Shown piece after piece: positions 22,888 to 31,483 of a stretch of 42,140 nt of DNA. The position numbers and the translations under genes were made by a program. The stretch spans positions 1 through 42,140 of IMG/VR virus record IMGVR_UViG_3300017685_000003, one strand, 5' to 3'. The notes under the pieces are model-generated. The model saw only the letters and a list, made by a program, of their open reading frames with translations. It made no database searches and was not told the DNA's origin. This DNA is from a virus. The first letter of the stretch is position 1. Every line of letters starts with the position of its first letter.

Positions 22888-24275
22888 TGCAAATCCCCAT
22901 TCTCAGCGGCATCACCTCCAACAAGGCGGCGGAGTTTCAAGTTTCGCATCCGCTGAACCTCGAACCGATCATCATCGATTCCAAGATATCCAAGGGGCAG
23001 CTTCGCCACACGGCGGGCACAGAGGCTTTCTCGACGGGGCCGGGTATCATGCGCGCCGCGATCGTTTGGAATGGCCTCTACTACGCCGTCATGGGCGATA
23101 CGTTGGTATCGGTGTCGGCAGCGGGAATTGTGAACAACATCGGCTTTGTAAGCGGCTTGGGCACAGCCTCGCTGGACTATTCGTTTGACCGGCTCATCAT
23201 CCGAAGCGGGGTTATGCTATGGTATTACGACGGCGCTACGCTTTCGCAGGTTACCGACACCGATTTGGGAAAAGTCGTAGATAGCCTTTGGGTCGACGGC
23301 TACACGATGACGACGGATGGCACGTTTATCATCGTCACGGAGATCAATGATCCATTCCAGGTGCTGCCTCTGAAATACGCCAGTGCTGAGGCCGACCCAG
23401 ACCCGATCGTCGGATTGCTCAAGCTGCGCGGCGAGGTGTACGCGCTGGGCACGGATACGATACAGGTTTTTCAGAACGTAGGCGGTTCGGGCTTTCCGTT
23501 TCAGGTCGTGCCGGGCGCAACGATTCAAAAAGGATGTGTCGGGACGCAGGCGAAAACGCTGTTTGGCGAAACGTTCGCGTTCGTGGGCGCGGCCCGCAAC
23601 GATGCCCTGGGTGTGCATGTCGCGGGTTCCGGCACATCCAGCAAGATCAGCACAAGGATTGTTGACGACGCCTTGGCGGCCGTGGCTGACGCTTCGAAGA
23701 TCGTGCTGGAAAAGCGCGTCTCGCGTGATGAATTGCGGTTGCTGGTTCACCTACCCGATGAGACATGGGTTTTTCTTGCCAAGGCGTCCGAGAAGGCGGG
23801 CGAGGCGATCTGGTATCGCTGTCAATCCGGCGTCGGTCAACCGTATCGCATTCGTAACGCCGTGTTTGCCTACAACCGGTTCTTGGTTGGCGATCTGAAC
23901 AGCGGCGCGATCGGTTCCTTGCGCGACATTGCCACGACGCACTTTGGCGAAAGGGCGCAGTGGCAGTTTGACGTAGGGATTGCCTATAATGATGCGAAGG
24001 GCGCGATTATTGATCGCGTCGAGCTGATTGGATTGCCGGGGCGTGGTTCGGATGACGCAGGCTCCGAAGTGTTCATGTCTTACACCCGCGACGGTGAGGC
24101 TTTTACGCCGGAACGTGCCGTGCAGGCGGGGCTTACGGGTGAGCGCGGCAAGCGCGTACAGTGGCGTCCGCATTTCCGCATTCGCAATTACGCGGGCATG
24201 CGATTCCGCGGTTACAATGCCATGGCCGCGGGGTGGGCGGCTTGTGAGGTTGAGGCTAGGCCGTTGAGCGTTTAG
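22887..24275 (+). CDS. P22 gp10-like head-completion (packaged-DNA stabilisation) protein (462 aa)
   Basis: It starts MQIPILSGITSNKAAEF. SGFPFQVVPGATIQKGCVGTQAKTLFGETFAFVG parallels my recollection of P22 gp10 (...PSLMVQKGIAGTYCKTPFADSYAFIS). Size and order match P22. The start overlaps the upstream stop (TGATG). Confidence 0.8.
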   Translation: MQIPILSGITSNKAAEFQVSHPLNLEPIIIDSKISKGQLRHTAGTEAFSTGPGIMRAAIVWNGLYYAVMGDTLVSVSAAGIVNNIGFVSGLGTASLDYSFDRLIIRSGVMLWYYDGATLSQVTDTDLGKVVDSLWVDGYTMTTDGTFIIVTEINDPFQVLPLKYASAEADPDPIVGLLKLRGEVYALGTDTIQVFQNVGGSGFPFQVVPGATIQKGCVGTQAKTLFGETFAFVGAARNDALGVHVAGSGTSSKISTRIVDDALAAVADASKIVLEKRVSRDELRLLVHLPDETWVFLAKASEKAGEAIWYRCQSGVGQPYRIRNAVFAYNRFLVGDLNSGAIGSLRDIATTHFGERAQWQFDVGIAYNDAKGAIIDRVELIGLPGRGSDDAGSEVFMSYTRDGEAFTPERAVQAGLTGERGKRVQWRPHFRIRNYAGMRFRGYNAMAAGWAACEVEARPLSV

Positions 24276-24440
24276 GTGGCCCGTTCTGTTTCCCGGTGGG
24301 CCAAGCCGATGCGGTTGTTAGGCCGCGATTGCCTGTGCGACAGGCTCGTTGTCGTTGACGGTTAAGTCAGCTGTCCCGTTGCGGTGGGCCATTCCGGATC
24401 GCGTTCAGCATCACTCCGCGCAGTCGATCCTAGTTCGCCC

Positions 24441-24520
24441 CCATCAATGCTAGCAGGGTCTCTTGCCTTCGGCTTCTAGCGGCTTTCGCCGTTTATCACC
24501 TAACCTGCTAGCAATGGTGG
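24441..24520. repeat. 17-nt inverted repeat (two arms 46 nt apart), each arm containing the palindrome TGCTAGCA, inside a 407-nt non-coding island
   Basis: ccatcaatgctagcagg (24441-24457) pairs with cctgctagcaatggtgg (24504-24520): 15 Watson-Crick pairs, one G-U and one mismatch. TGCTAGCA occurs at 24448-24455 and 24506-24513. Confidence 0.6.
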
Positions 24521-24682
24521 AGGCGGCGGGTACTGCCCCCGCGTCCTCGCGCTTCATTCAACCGATCGAATTACGATCATTGCTGCGATGGTATCCCGAA
24601 GGACAATCCCGCAAAAACGGGAACGCGATAACGACCGCCGCAGCTCTCGCAAAATGCCACATCTGCTGTTATAGTCAACCCC

Positions 24683-25198
24683 ATGAACAACGGCATCGCC
24701 TCCCTCCCCCGAGAAATCCTATCGCGCGCTCTTGGGAACGACGTGCGGGCCGTGCGGGCCTTTGAACAGGAGGCGGCGAACAATGACGCACTGTCCGAAC
24801 AGGTTGCGGCGAACGTCGATGCTACGGAAGCGCTGAACGATGCGACGGTGCTGGTGCTGTCTTCAAACGCAGCGTTCAACAATGAGCGCGTTCTGCGCGT
24901 AGGTCCTGGCATTCGTGCTCGCGACGATGGAGCAAGTCTTACACTGTCGGTCAATGACGAGGTGCCGCATGTTTTGGGCGGTTTCCCCGTCAACCTGACC
25001 GCCACGCAGGCAAGCAACCTTCTGCTCCCTACTGCGGGCCGTATCGCCACCACCGATCAACCCGAGACGCTGACGCAAAAGATCGTGTCGGTTCCGCTAT
25101 TCAGTAGCGTACCGGAATACGCCACTGATGCAGAAGCGAAGGTAGGCGATGTCTATACGCTGACCGGTTCAACGGCCTTGCACTTCCGACGCGCTTAG
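24683..25198 (+). CDS. tail needle/fibre-like protein (171 aa)
   Basis: It occupies the position of P22 gp26. There is an N-terminal coiled-coil-like segment, AFEQEAANNDALSEQVAANVDATEALNDA. The motif TVLVLSSNAAFNNERVL is common in fibre proteins. Confidence 0.45.
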   Translation: MNNGIASLPREILSRALGNDVRAVRAFEQEAANNDALSEQVAANVDATEALNDATVLVLSSNAAFNNERVLRVGPGIRARDDGASLTLSVNDEVPHVLGGFPVNLTATQASNLLLPTAGRIATTDQPETLTQKIVSVPLFSSVPEYATDAEAKVGDVYTLTGSTALHFRRA

Positions 25199-25268
25199 CA
25201 TATCGTCACGCCATCGGCTGACCTATCGCCTGCGCCGGGGCCTAACCTCAATATAGAGGCGACGGACC

Positions 25269-25931
25269 TTGGGCCTTTTTTCTGTTATCGGCGGCATCTT
25301 CGGGGGCAAGGCTCAGAAGAAGGGTATCGACAAGGCGACGGCTGCTCAGATTGATTACGCCAATCGATCGCTTGCGCAGTCGCAACAGCAGTACGAAACC
25401 ACCCGCAACGATTACATGCCATATACGCAGGCTGGCACGCAGGCCATCGGGGCATATGGCAATCTGCTAGGCGCGAACGGAGCCGACGCGCAAGGCGCAG
25501 CGGTTGCCGGTCTGAAGGCCGATCCGTTCTTCCAGCAGAATTTGCAGGACGCCAACACGAACCTTCTTCAGACCGCATCGGCAACCGGCGGTGTCCGTGG
25601 TGGCAACGCAGCAGGGGCCATCGGCCAACTATCGCCCGCCTTGCTGCAATCCTATTATCAAAATGCCTTGTCGGGCTATGGCAACCTAGCGCAGCTCGGG
25701 CTTGGCGCAACGGGCTCTGTAGCGAGCGCCGGGCAGGCCAACACGCAGAACACGATCGGCTTGAATCAAGGCATCGGCAACGCGCTGTCGAGCAAGTATC
25801 TGACGAAGGCGGGCATCAACGCCGGCAACATCAACAACGTAGGCGGGTTCCTTGACAACCTTGCCACATCGTTCATTCCGGGTGGTGGTCAGGCGTCGGG
25901 TATCGGCAAGGCCCTGGGGAGCATCTTCTAA
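25269..25931 (+). CDS. ejection/internal virion protein, gp7-like in size and position (220 aa)
   Basis: ORF track with a TTG start. It is Gly/Ala/Gln/Asn-rich and low in complexity. It is the first of three consecutive genes in the P22 gp7/gp20/gp16 position. Confidence 0.5.
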   Translation: MGLFSVIGGIFGGKAQKKGIDKATAAQIDYANRSLAQSQQQYETTRNDYMPYTQAGTQAIGAYGNLLGANGADAQGAAVAGLKADPFFQQNLQDANTNLLQTASATGGVRGGNAAGAIGQLSPALLQSYYQNALSGYGNLAQLGLGATGSVASAGQANTQNTIGLNQGIGNALSSKYLTKAGINAGNINNVGGFLDNLATSFIPGGGQASGIGKALGSIF

Positions 25932-27770
25932 ATGCCGGGGAATTTCTCGGATTACGCACAGGCGCTAGCCGCAGGCCAATCGCTGGTTCCCAACTGGCGG
26001 CAGGGCGATATGGTCGAGGCGCAGCTTGCGTCTGAGCGCTTGCGCCCGCAGTTGATTCAGTCCCAGATCGCTGGGCAGCAAGCCGAGGCGTTGCAGCGTC
26101 AGCAAGCGGCGGAGCGTGAGGAGCAGGACGCGAACGCGTTTCGCACTGACATTGCATCGCTTGGTGCCAAGCCGACGCCGCAGGCGTACCGTGCGCTGGC
26201 AGTGAAATACCCGAAGTTTCATGCTGCGATCGAGAACGCGGCAACTGGTCTGGATACGGAAAAGTCTCAGGCGTTGGTGCGCCACCTCGCGCCGATTCAG
26301 TCACTTATCGCCAACAAGCAGTATGATAAGGCGGCGGCGGAAGTTAAGCGTCATATCGACGCAGACAAGGCGGCGGGTGCGGAGCCGGACGAAACCGACC
26401 AAGAGCTTTACGACGAGTTGACGAGCGGCGATGCTGCGCGACAGGCAGGCGCGGGCGGCATGGTTTACGGCCTCCTTAATCAGCTTAACCCCAAGGATGC
26501 GGCGAAGAACATCGCCGATTACGGCACGGGTCCACAGGACAAGCGCTACACGGTAGGTCGCGCGCTGGTCGATAGCTCGGGGCAGGTTCTTTATCGCGAC
26601 CCTGATGCCGAATATCGCACGGTCAAGAATGCAGACGGTTCGGAATCCATCGTTCAACTTTCGGGAGGAGGTGATCCGGTATCTGGCGGCGCAGGGGCTG
26701 CGCCTGGAAGTGGCGCGCCCCGCTCCGTCCGCAACAACAATCCCGGCAATCTGAAAGCCAGCGCGTTTACCCGCAAGCTTCCCGGCTTCAAGGGCGCGGA
26801 TAAGGATGGGTTTGCCATCTTCGACAGTCCGACGAGTGGCGCGGGCGCTCAGGGTGCTTTGCTTGGCTCGTATATCGACCGCGGGTTCAACACGGTCGAG
26901 AAGATTATCAATCGCTGGGCTCCTGCATCCGACAACAACGACACGAAGGCGTATATCGCTTCTGTGGCGAAGGCCTTGAACGTCAATCCCGGTGATACGC
27001 TGTCAAAGGCGTCCATCCCGCAGTTGCAGTCGATCATTTCACGCGTCGAGGGCGGGCCGGGGTCGTCGTCGGGCGGCACGGGCAACGCGCCGGCTGTGGG
27101 CGGAGCCAATGTTCTTTACACCTCGACCGGCGGGGCGGGACAAGATTATCGCCTTCTTTCGCCAAACGAAAAGCGCGAAAGGGGCTTGGACGCTAGCAGC
27201 CAGTTTCAGATTGACCAAAAGGGTAGGATTACTCCTTTGGGTAGGAAGACTGAGCTAACCGAAGGTGAGCGTAAGGCCACTGGCCTTCTTGCGTCAATGG
27301 TCGCGGCTCAAAACTCTCTAAACGGGGTTAGGGGCTACGTACCTAATGCTGTCGGTCTTGCCCTGAACGACTTGAGCAACAAGAATCCTATCAAGGGTAA
27401 TTTGTCGCAGACTGATCGCCGCGTCATGAACGCGCAATTAGCTTTCGCTAATGCAATTTTGCGCTTAGAGAGTGGCGCGGCTATCGGAAAAGACGAACAG
27501 GCGGCAAAGGCTCAAACCCTTTTCCCCATGCCGGGTGATGGACCTGAGGTGCAGGCAGACAAGCGCGCTCAGCGAGAAGCGGCGTTGAAATCCATGCGAA
27601 TTGCGGCTGGCGGCGGCGCGGCTGACATTCCCAAAGTCGTGGGAGGTGGTCGCGGCAACGCTCAGAAGCCTGCTGCTGTTTTCGCGCCGCAGGGCGGCCG
27701 TTTGATCGGCATGTATCAGGGCAGGCAGGTATTCCAGTTGCCTAACGGCAAGCGCGTGGTGGCAAAGTAA
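25932..27770 (+). CDS. ejection/internal virion protein (612 aa) with a conserved RNNNPGNL module
   Basis: ORF track. The central RSVRNNNPGNLKASAFTRKLPGFKGADKDGFAIFDSPTSGAGAQGALL block is a motif I recall from internal virion proteins of podophages; its function is not established here. Confidence 0.55.
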   Translation: MPGNFSDYAQALAAGQSLVPNWRQGDMVEAQLASERLRPQLIQSQIAGQQAEALQRQQAAEREEQDANAFRTDIASLGAKPTPQAYRALAVKYPKFHAAIENAATGLDTEKSQALVRHLAPIQSLIANKQYDKAAAEVKRHIDADKAAGAEPDETDQELYDELTSGDAARQAGAGGMVYGLLNQLNPKDAAKNIADYGTGPQDKRYTVGRALVDSSGQVLYRDPDAEYRTVKNADGSESIVQLSGGGDPVSGGAGAAPGSGAPRSVRNNNPGNLKASAFTRKLPGFKGADKDGFAIFDSPTSGAGAQGALLGSYIDRGFNTVEKIINRWAPASDNNDTKAYIASVAKALNVNPGDTLSKASIPQLQSIISRVEGGPGSSSGGTGNAPAVGGANVLYTSTGGAGQDYRLLSPNEKRERGLDASSQFQIDQKGRITPLGRKTELTEGERKATGLLASMVAAQNSLNGVRGYVPNAVGLALNDLSNKNPIKGNLSQTDRRVMNAQLAFANAILRLESGAAIGKDEQAAKAQTLFPMPGDGPEVQADKRAQREAALKSMRIAAGGGAADIPKVVGGGRGNAQKPAAVFAPQGGRLIGMYQGRQVFQLPNGKRVVAK

Positions 27771-30394
27771 TGCAGCAGTTCGAAGAGCTACCAGCCGGCG
27801 CGACGATCGATCCGATTCCCGAGGGGTTCGAGGCGCTACCTGACGACGCGCAATTGGAACCCACGGAGGGCGCAACGCAGGGGTTGCCTGATGCGCAGTA
27901 TCGCCAGCAGCTTCACGCGCTGATTGCAGCCAATCGCCCGCGGCAGGAGATTGATGCGCTTATCCGCGGGCAGGGCATTGATCCTGCGCAAGTCACCGGT
28001 ATCGATCAAGCGCTTGCGGCAGCGCGGCAGGGGCGTGGCTTTGGCGTCCATAGCGTAGATGGCAACACTACGGCTGGGGCGGATGCGGAGACGGCGGGGC
28101 AGGCCTTGTACCGCGGCGTGGGCGATCTTGCCGCGGGTGTTGGCGATGTGCTCGGTATCGTCGCGAACCCGCTGAACGCCGGTATCAACGCAATCGCTGG
28201 CACGAATCTTAGCACGGACCTGGGCAAGACGCTTCGCGACCTGACCGGCGCGCCTGAAGCCGTGACGGAAGGTGAGCGACTTTTGAGCATGGCGGGCCGG
28301 GGCGGTGCGGCCGGTCTGGCGGGGGCGGGTCTGGGCGCAGCGGTTGGCGCGACCGCTGGCGGCATGACAGGTTTCGTTGGTCGGCAGGTTGGCGCGGCTC
28401 CGGCTGTCGATGCCGTTTCGGGCGTCACAGGCGGCGTAGGAGCGGAAGTCGGCAATCGTTACGGCGGTACGGCGGGGGCCATCGCTGGCGGGCTTGCTGG
28501 CGGTGTCGGTGGCGCGGCAGCAATGCAGCGTATCATTCAGCGCCTTCCCGCAGAACTGGCAATCGGCGCGAATGGTACGCTGACCCCCGAGGCGCACGAA
28601 CTGGCATTGCGCGCTGGGGTGGACGAAGACGACTTGGTGCAATCCTATGCGCGTGCGCGGCGTTCCAACTCACCGCTTCGTGACGATCCCCGCACGCCCG
28701 CCGAGAGGCAGGCTGCACGCGAGGCGGTGCGCAACCGTCCGCGGGACGCCGATGTGGAGATTGTTGCACAAGACGGCTCCACGATGGCGCGCACGCCGCA
28801 GGAGGTGCCGGACCTCCAAGGCCAATCCGCGCGCATCGTTGACGCCATGGGGGAGCGCTTGCCGCCCTCGGCAGCGACCGAGACTGTCGCACCCGACGCC
28901 ATCCCCACTACCCCGCAGGAGCGATACGACGAAGCGGCAAGTGAAGGTGTGCGCTACACGCGGGGGCAGGCTGAACAGGACTTCGAGGTCCAGAACGACG
29001 AAAACTCGTTGCGTGTTTCTGCCACGAACGAAGGCGAGCAGGCGCGCGGTTTCTTCCGTCAGCAGCAAGAGGAAATTCAAGGTGCTATAACCCGTTTCCG
29101 TTCTGCATTCGGTGAAGACGCGGGTAACGCCGCCGATCGCGGACAGCGGGTGAAAGACGCCGTTGGCGCTTTGCGCGATCAAGGGCAGGCCGGTGTGCGC
29201 GAGCTTTATCGACAGGCTGAAGAGCTTGGCGGGGAGGGGTTGACGCTTCAGACGGACGGTATTCGTGATGCGGCAACCGACGTTTTGATTGACGAGGCCG
29301 TGCCGGAAACCGTGAAGCGTGCGATCGGGCAGGAATTGGCGCGTTATGGCATCGTCGGGCAAGCAGAGCCGACGAACGCGCTTGGCATCACTCGCGTTAC
29401 TCTTGACGACGGTTCGGCCGTATCGTTTCGCGGTCCTGTGAAGCAGCTTACCGCGTCGTCGGCAGATGCTATGCGCAAGGCCATCAACCGTCTGTACCTA
29501 AGCGACCCGACGCGGGCGTCACAAGCTATCAAGCCCGCTATTGACGACGCTCTAGAGGCTGCAATTGAAGGGGCTGCGTCAAAGGAAGGCGGGATCGGCA
29601 ATGCTTACCGTGCGGCCCGTGACGCGCATCGCGCACAACAGCAGACGTTTAAGGCGAAAGACATTGTTGAGAACCTGATTGCCGTGAAGAAGGGCACGCA
29701 AACCGACGTCCTCCTCCCCGAACGCGCCATCGCTCAGGTAATTGGCGCGGGCAAGGAAGGCGTATCCAACCTTCGTCGGGTCAAGTCTTTGTTGCTTTCG
29801 AGCGACCATCCGACATCGCAGACTGCTTGGCGGGCTATCCAGCATCAGGGGCTTGCCGATATCTTCGACAGCGCGATCAGCCGCAACGTTAACGTAGGTG
29901 GGCCGGGCCAGATCGGCGATGTGGTCAGCGGGGCAAAACTCAACAGCGCAATTGAAACCTTTGGAGTGGACAAACTGCGTGAGCTTCTGGACCCGCAGGA
30001 ATTCAATGGCCTGATGAAGCTGCGCCGCATCGTCGGCACGGCAACCATTCCGATCAGCGGCACGGTCAATCCGAGCGGCACGGCTACGAAGATCATCAAC
30101 TATCTGCGCCAAGGGACGCTGAGGTTTGCAGGCGCTATCCCAGGTGTAGGCGGGGCGGCAAACGCATTCGCCGGCCTCGCTGCGAAGGGCAAAGAAATCG
30201 CAGCCACGCGCCGAACGCTGGAAGGCATCACGTCCTACGATGGGCGTTCCACGACCAGCGCACGCCTTGACGAGCAGGCACGCGATTTCGTGCGCGAGTA
30301 TATCGACAGCGGGAAAAGCGGGCGTTTGGTGCCGACAAGCATCAACCTGACGGCAACACGGCCCACGAATACGAATGCGAGGAACGATCAATGA
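27770..30394 (+). CDS. large ejection/internal virion protein (874 aa)
   Basis: ORF track with a TAATG start overlap. There is a Gly/Ala-rich hydrophobic stretch (about residues 150-250). The position matches P22 gp20/gp16. Confidence 0.55.
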   Translation: MQQFEELPAGATIDPIPEGFEALPDDAQLEPTEGATQGLPDAQYRQQLHALIAANRPRQEIDALIRGQGIDPAQVTGIDQALAAARQGRGFGVHSVDGNTTAGADAETAGQALYRGVGDLAAGVGDVLGIVANPLNAGINAIAGTNLSTDLGKTLRDLTGAPEAVTEGERLLSMAGRGGAAGLAGAGLGAAVGATAGGMTGFVGRQVGAAPAVDAVSGVTGGVGAEVGNRYGGTAGAIAGGLAGGVGGAAAMQRIIQRLPAELAIGANGTLTPEAHELALRAGVDEDDLVQSYARARRSNSPLRDDPRTPAERQAAREAVRNRPRDADVEIVAQDGSTMARTPQEVPDLQGQSARIVDAMGERLPPSAATETVAPDAIPTTPQERYDEAASEGVRYTRGQAEQDFEVQNDENSLRVSATNEGEQARGFFRQQQEEIQGAITRFRSAFGEDAGNAADRGQRVKDAVGALRDQGQAGVRELYRQAEELGGEGLTLQTDGIRDAATDVLIDEAVPETVKRAIGQELARYGIVGQAEPTNALGITRVTLDDGSAVSFRGPVKQLTASSADAMRKAINRLYLSDPTRASQAIKPAIDDALEAAIEGAASKEGGIGNAYRAARDAHRAQQQTFKAKDIVENLIAVKKGTQTDVLLPERAIAQVIGAGKEGVSNLRRVKSLLLSSDHPTSQTAWRAIQHQGLADIFDSAISRNVNVGGPGQIGDVVSGAKLNSAIETFGVDKLRELLDPQEFNGLMKLRRIVGTATIPISGTVNPSGTATKIINYLRQGTLRFAGAIPGVGGAANAFAGLAAKGKEIAATRRTLEGITSYDGRSTTSARLDEQARDFVREYIDSGKSGRLVPTSINLTATRPTNTNARNDQ

Positions 30395-30993
30395 CCCGCC
30401 TCACCAATCCTCAGCCGTTGTTTCTTGATGCTCGTGGCGCGCTTCTGGATGCAGGATATGTGTACGTTGGCGTTGCCAGCGCCGATCCGCAATCGCAGCC
30501 GGTAGCGGTATATTCGAACGTCGAGCGGACCATCCCCATCGCGCAGCCGTTGCGCACGTCTGGCGGCGCGATCGTCGCTCCGAACACGGCAACGCCTATC
30601 CAGGTGTTTTATGCCGAAGACGATGTGTCTATTCGCATCCTCGACGCAGATATGCAGTTGGTTCGCTATAGCCCGACGACTTATCCGCTCGGCATGGGGT
30701 TTCAGCCTCTTGATAGCGACCTGACAGCAATCGCAAATCTTTCCACTGCCGAATATGGCCGTAGTTTGCTGACACTTGCTAACCAGATGGCACTTAGGCA
30801 GGCAACCGGAATTCCAGACCCGCTACCCCTTTCCGGAGGGCAAATGACGGGCAATATTACGCGTCAAAACGCAGGAGTGCATGCATATTGGGCAAATCCC
30901 GCCATGAACGGAGGAAGAGAGTATCTGACGGTGAGCACGGCCTCTGACCCGTCTTCGCTGCCCGGCGATGTCTGGTATAAATATGTCGCTTAG
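30391..30993 (+). CDS. tail fibre protein (200 aa)
   Basis: The N terminus is LFLDARGALLDAGYVYVGV. DSDLTAIANL and LPLSGGQMTGNIT are motifs typical of phage fibre proteins. Confidence 0.6.
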   Translation: MTRLTNPQPLFLDARGALLDAGYVYVGVASADPQSQPVAVYSNVERTIPIAQPLRTSGGAIVAPNTATPIQVFYAEDDVSIRILDADMQLVRYSPTTYPLGMGFQPLDSDLTAIANLSTAEYGRSLLTLANQMALRQATGIPDPLPLSGGQMTGNITRQNAGVHAYWANPAMNGGREYLTVSTASDPSSLPGDVWYKYVA

Positions 30994-31483
30994 CATTGTG
31001 GCGGCAACCGGTGACAAGCGCGCGGTTTCGGCTATCTCAGTACGTGACGAGGGCAATATTTCCCGCCTGATCAGCGAAATTTGGGTACGTGACGAAAACA
31101 ACGTGCCGCGGCAGGTGTGGGGCGGGGCTTCGGGTGGCGGTGGAGGCGGTGGAGGCGGTTCATATACTGCCGCCGCCAACCCTTCATTCGTTTCTGGCGC
31201 AGGCTCTCGCAAGGTTGCATTGACCGTTTACACCAATCAAACGACTATTGAGGTGGCAGGCGGTGTTGCACCTTATACCTTCCAATGGGTTACTGAGGAG
31301 GGGTGGGACGTTCAGAACCTGACCAGCGCCGTAACGAGTTTTTCCAGCTCTGTAGCCCCCAACGAAATTAAGACACAGGCATTCTCTTGCACCGTCAAGG
31401 ACGCGCAAGGAAATACGGCTATCGCTACGGTTCAAGCTGACGTAAGCAACTACTACAATGGAGGCGGCGTTGGCGACCTATAG
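30983..31483 (+). CDS. fibre-associated protein with a Gly9 linker (166 aa)
   Basis: Start at ATG 30983 (MSLSIVAATG). The run GGASGGGGGGGGGSY separates an N-terminal segment from a beta-rich C-terminal domain. Confidence 0.5.
   Translation: MSLSIVAATGDKRAVSAISVRDEGNISRLISEIWVRDENNVPRQVWGGASGGGGGGGGGSYTAAANPSFVSGAGSRKVALTVYTNQTTIEVAGGVAPYTFQWVTEEGWDVQNLTSAVTSFSSSVAPNEIKTQAFSCTVKDAQGNTAIATVQADVSNYYNGGGVGDL

Noticed and set aside
24463-25053. Track ORFs 24463-24765 (+) and 24577-25053 (-) in and next to the non-coding island.
   Set aside because: Both run out of frame into the needle-like gene, are Arg/Pro/Ser-rich and lack an RBS. I keep the region as non-coding.
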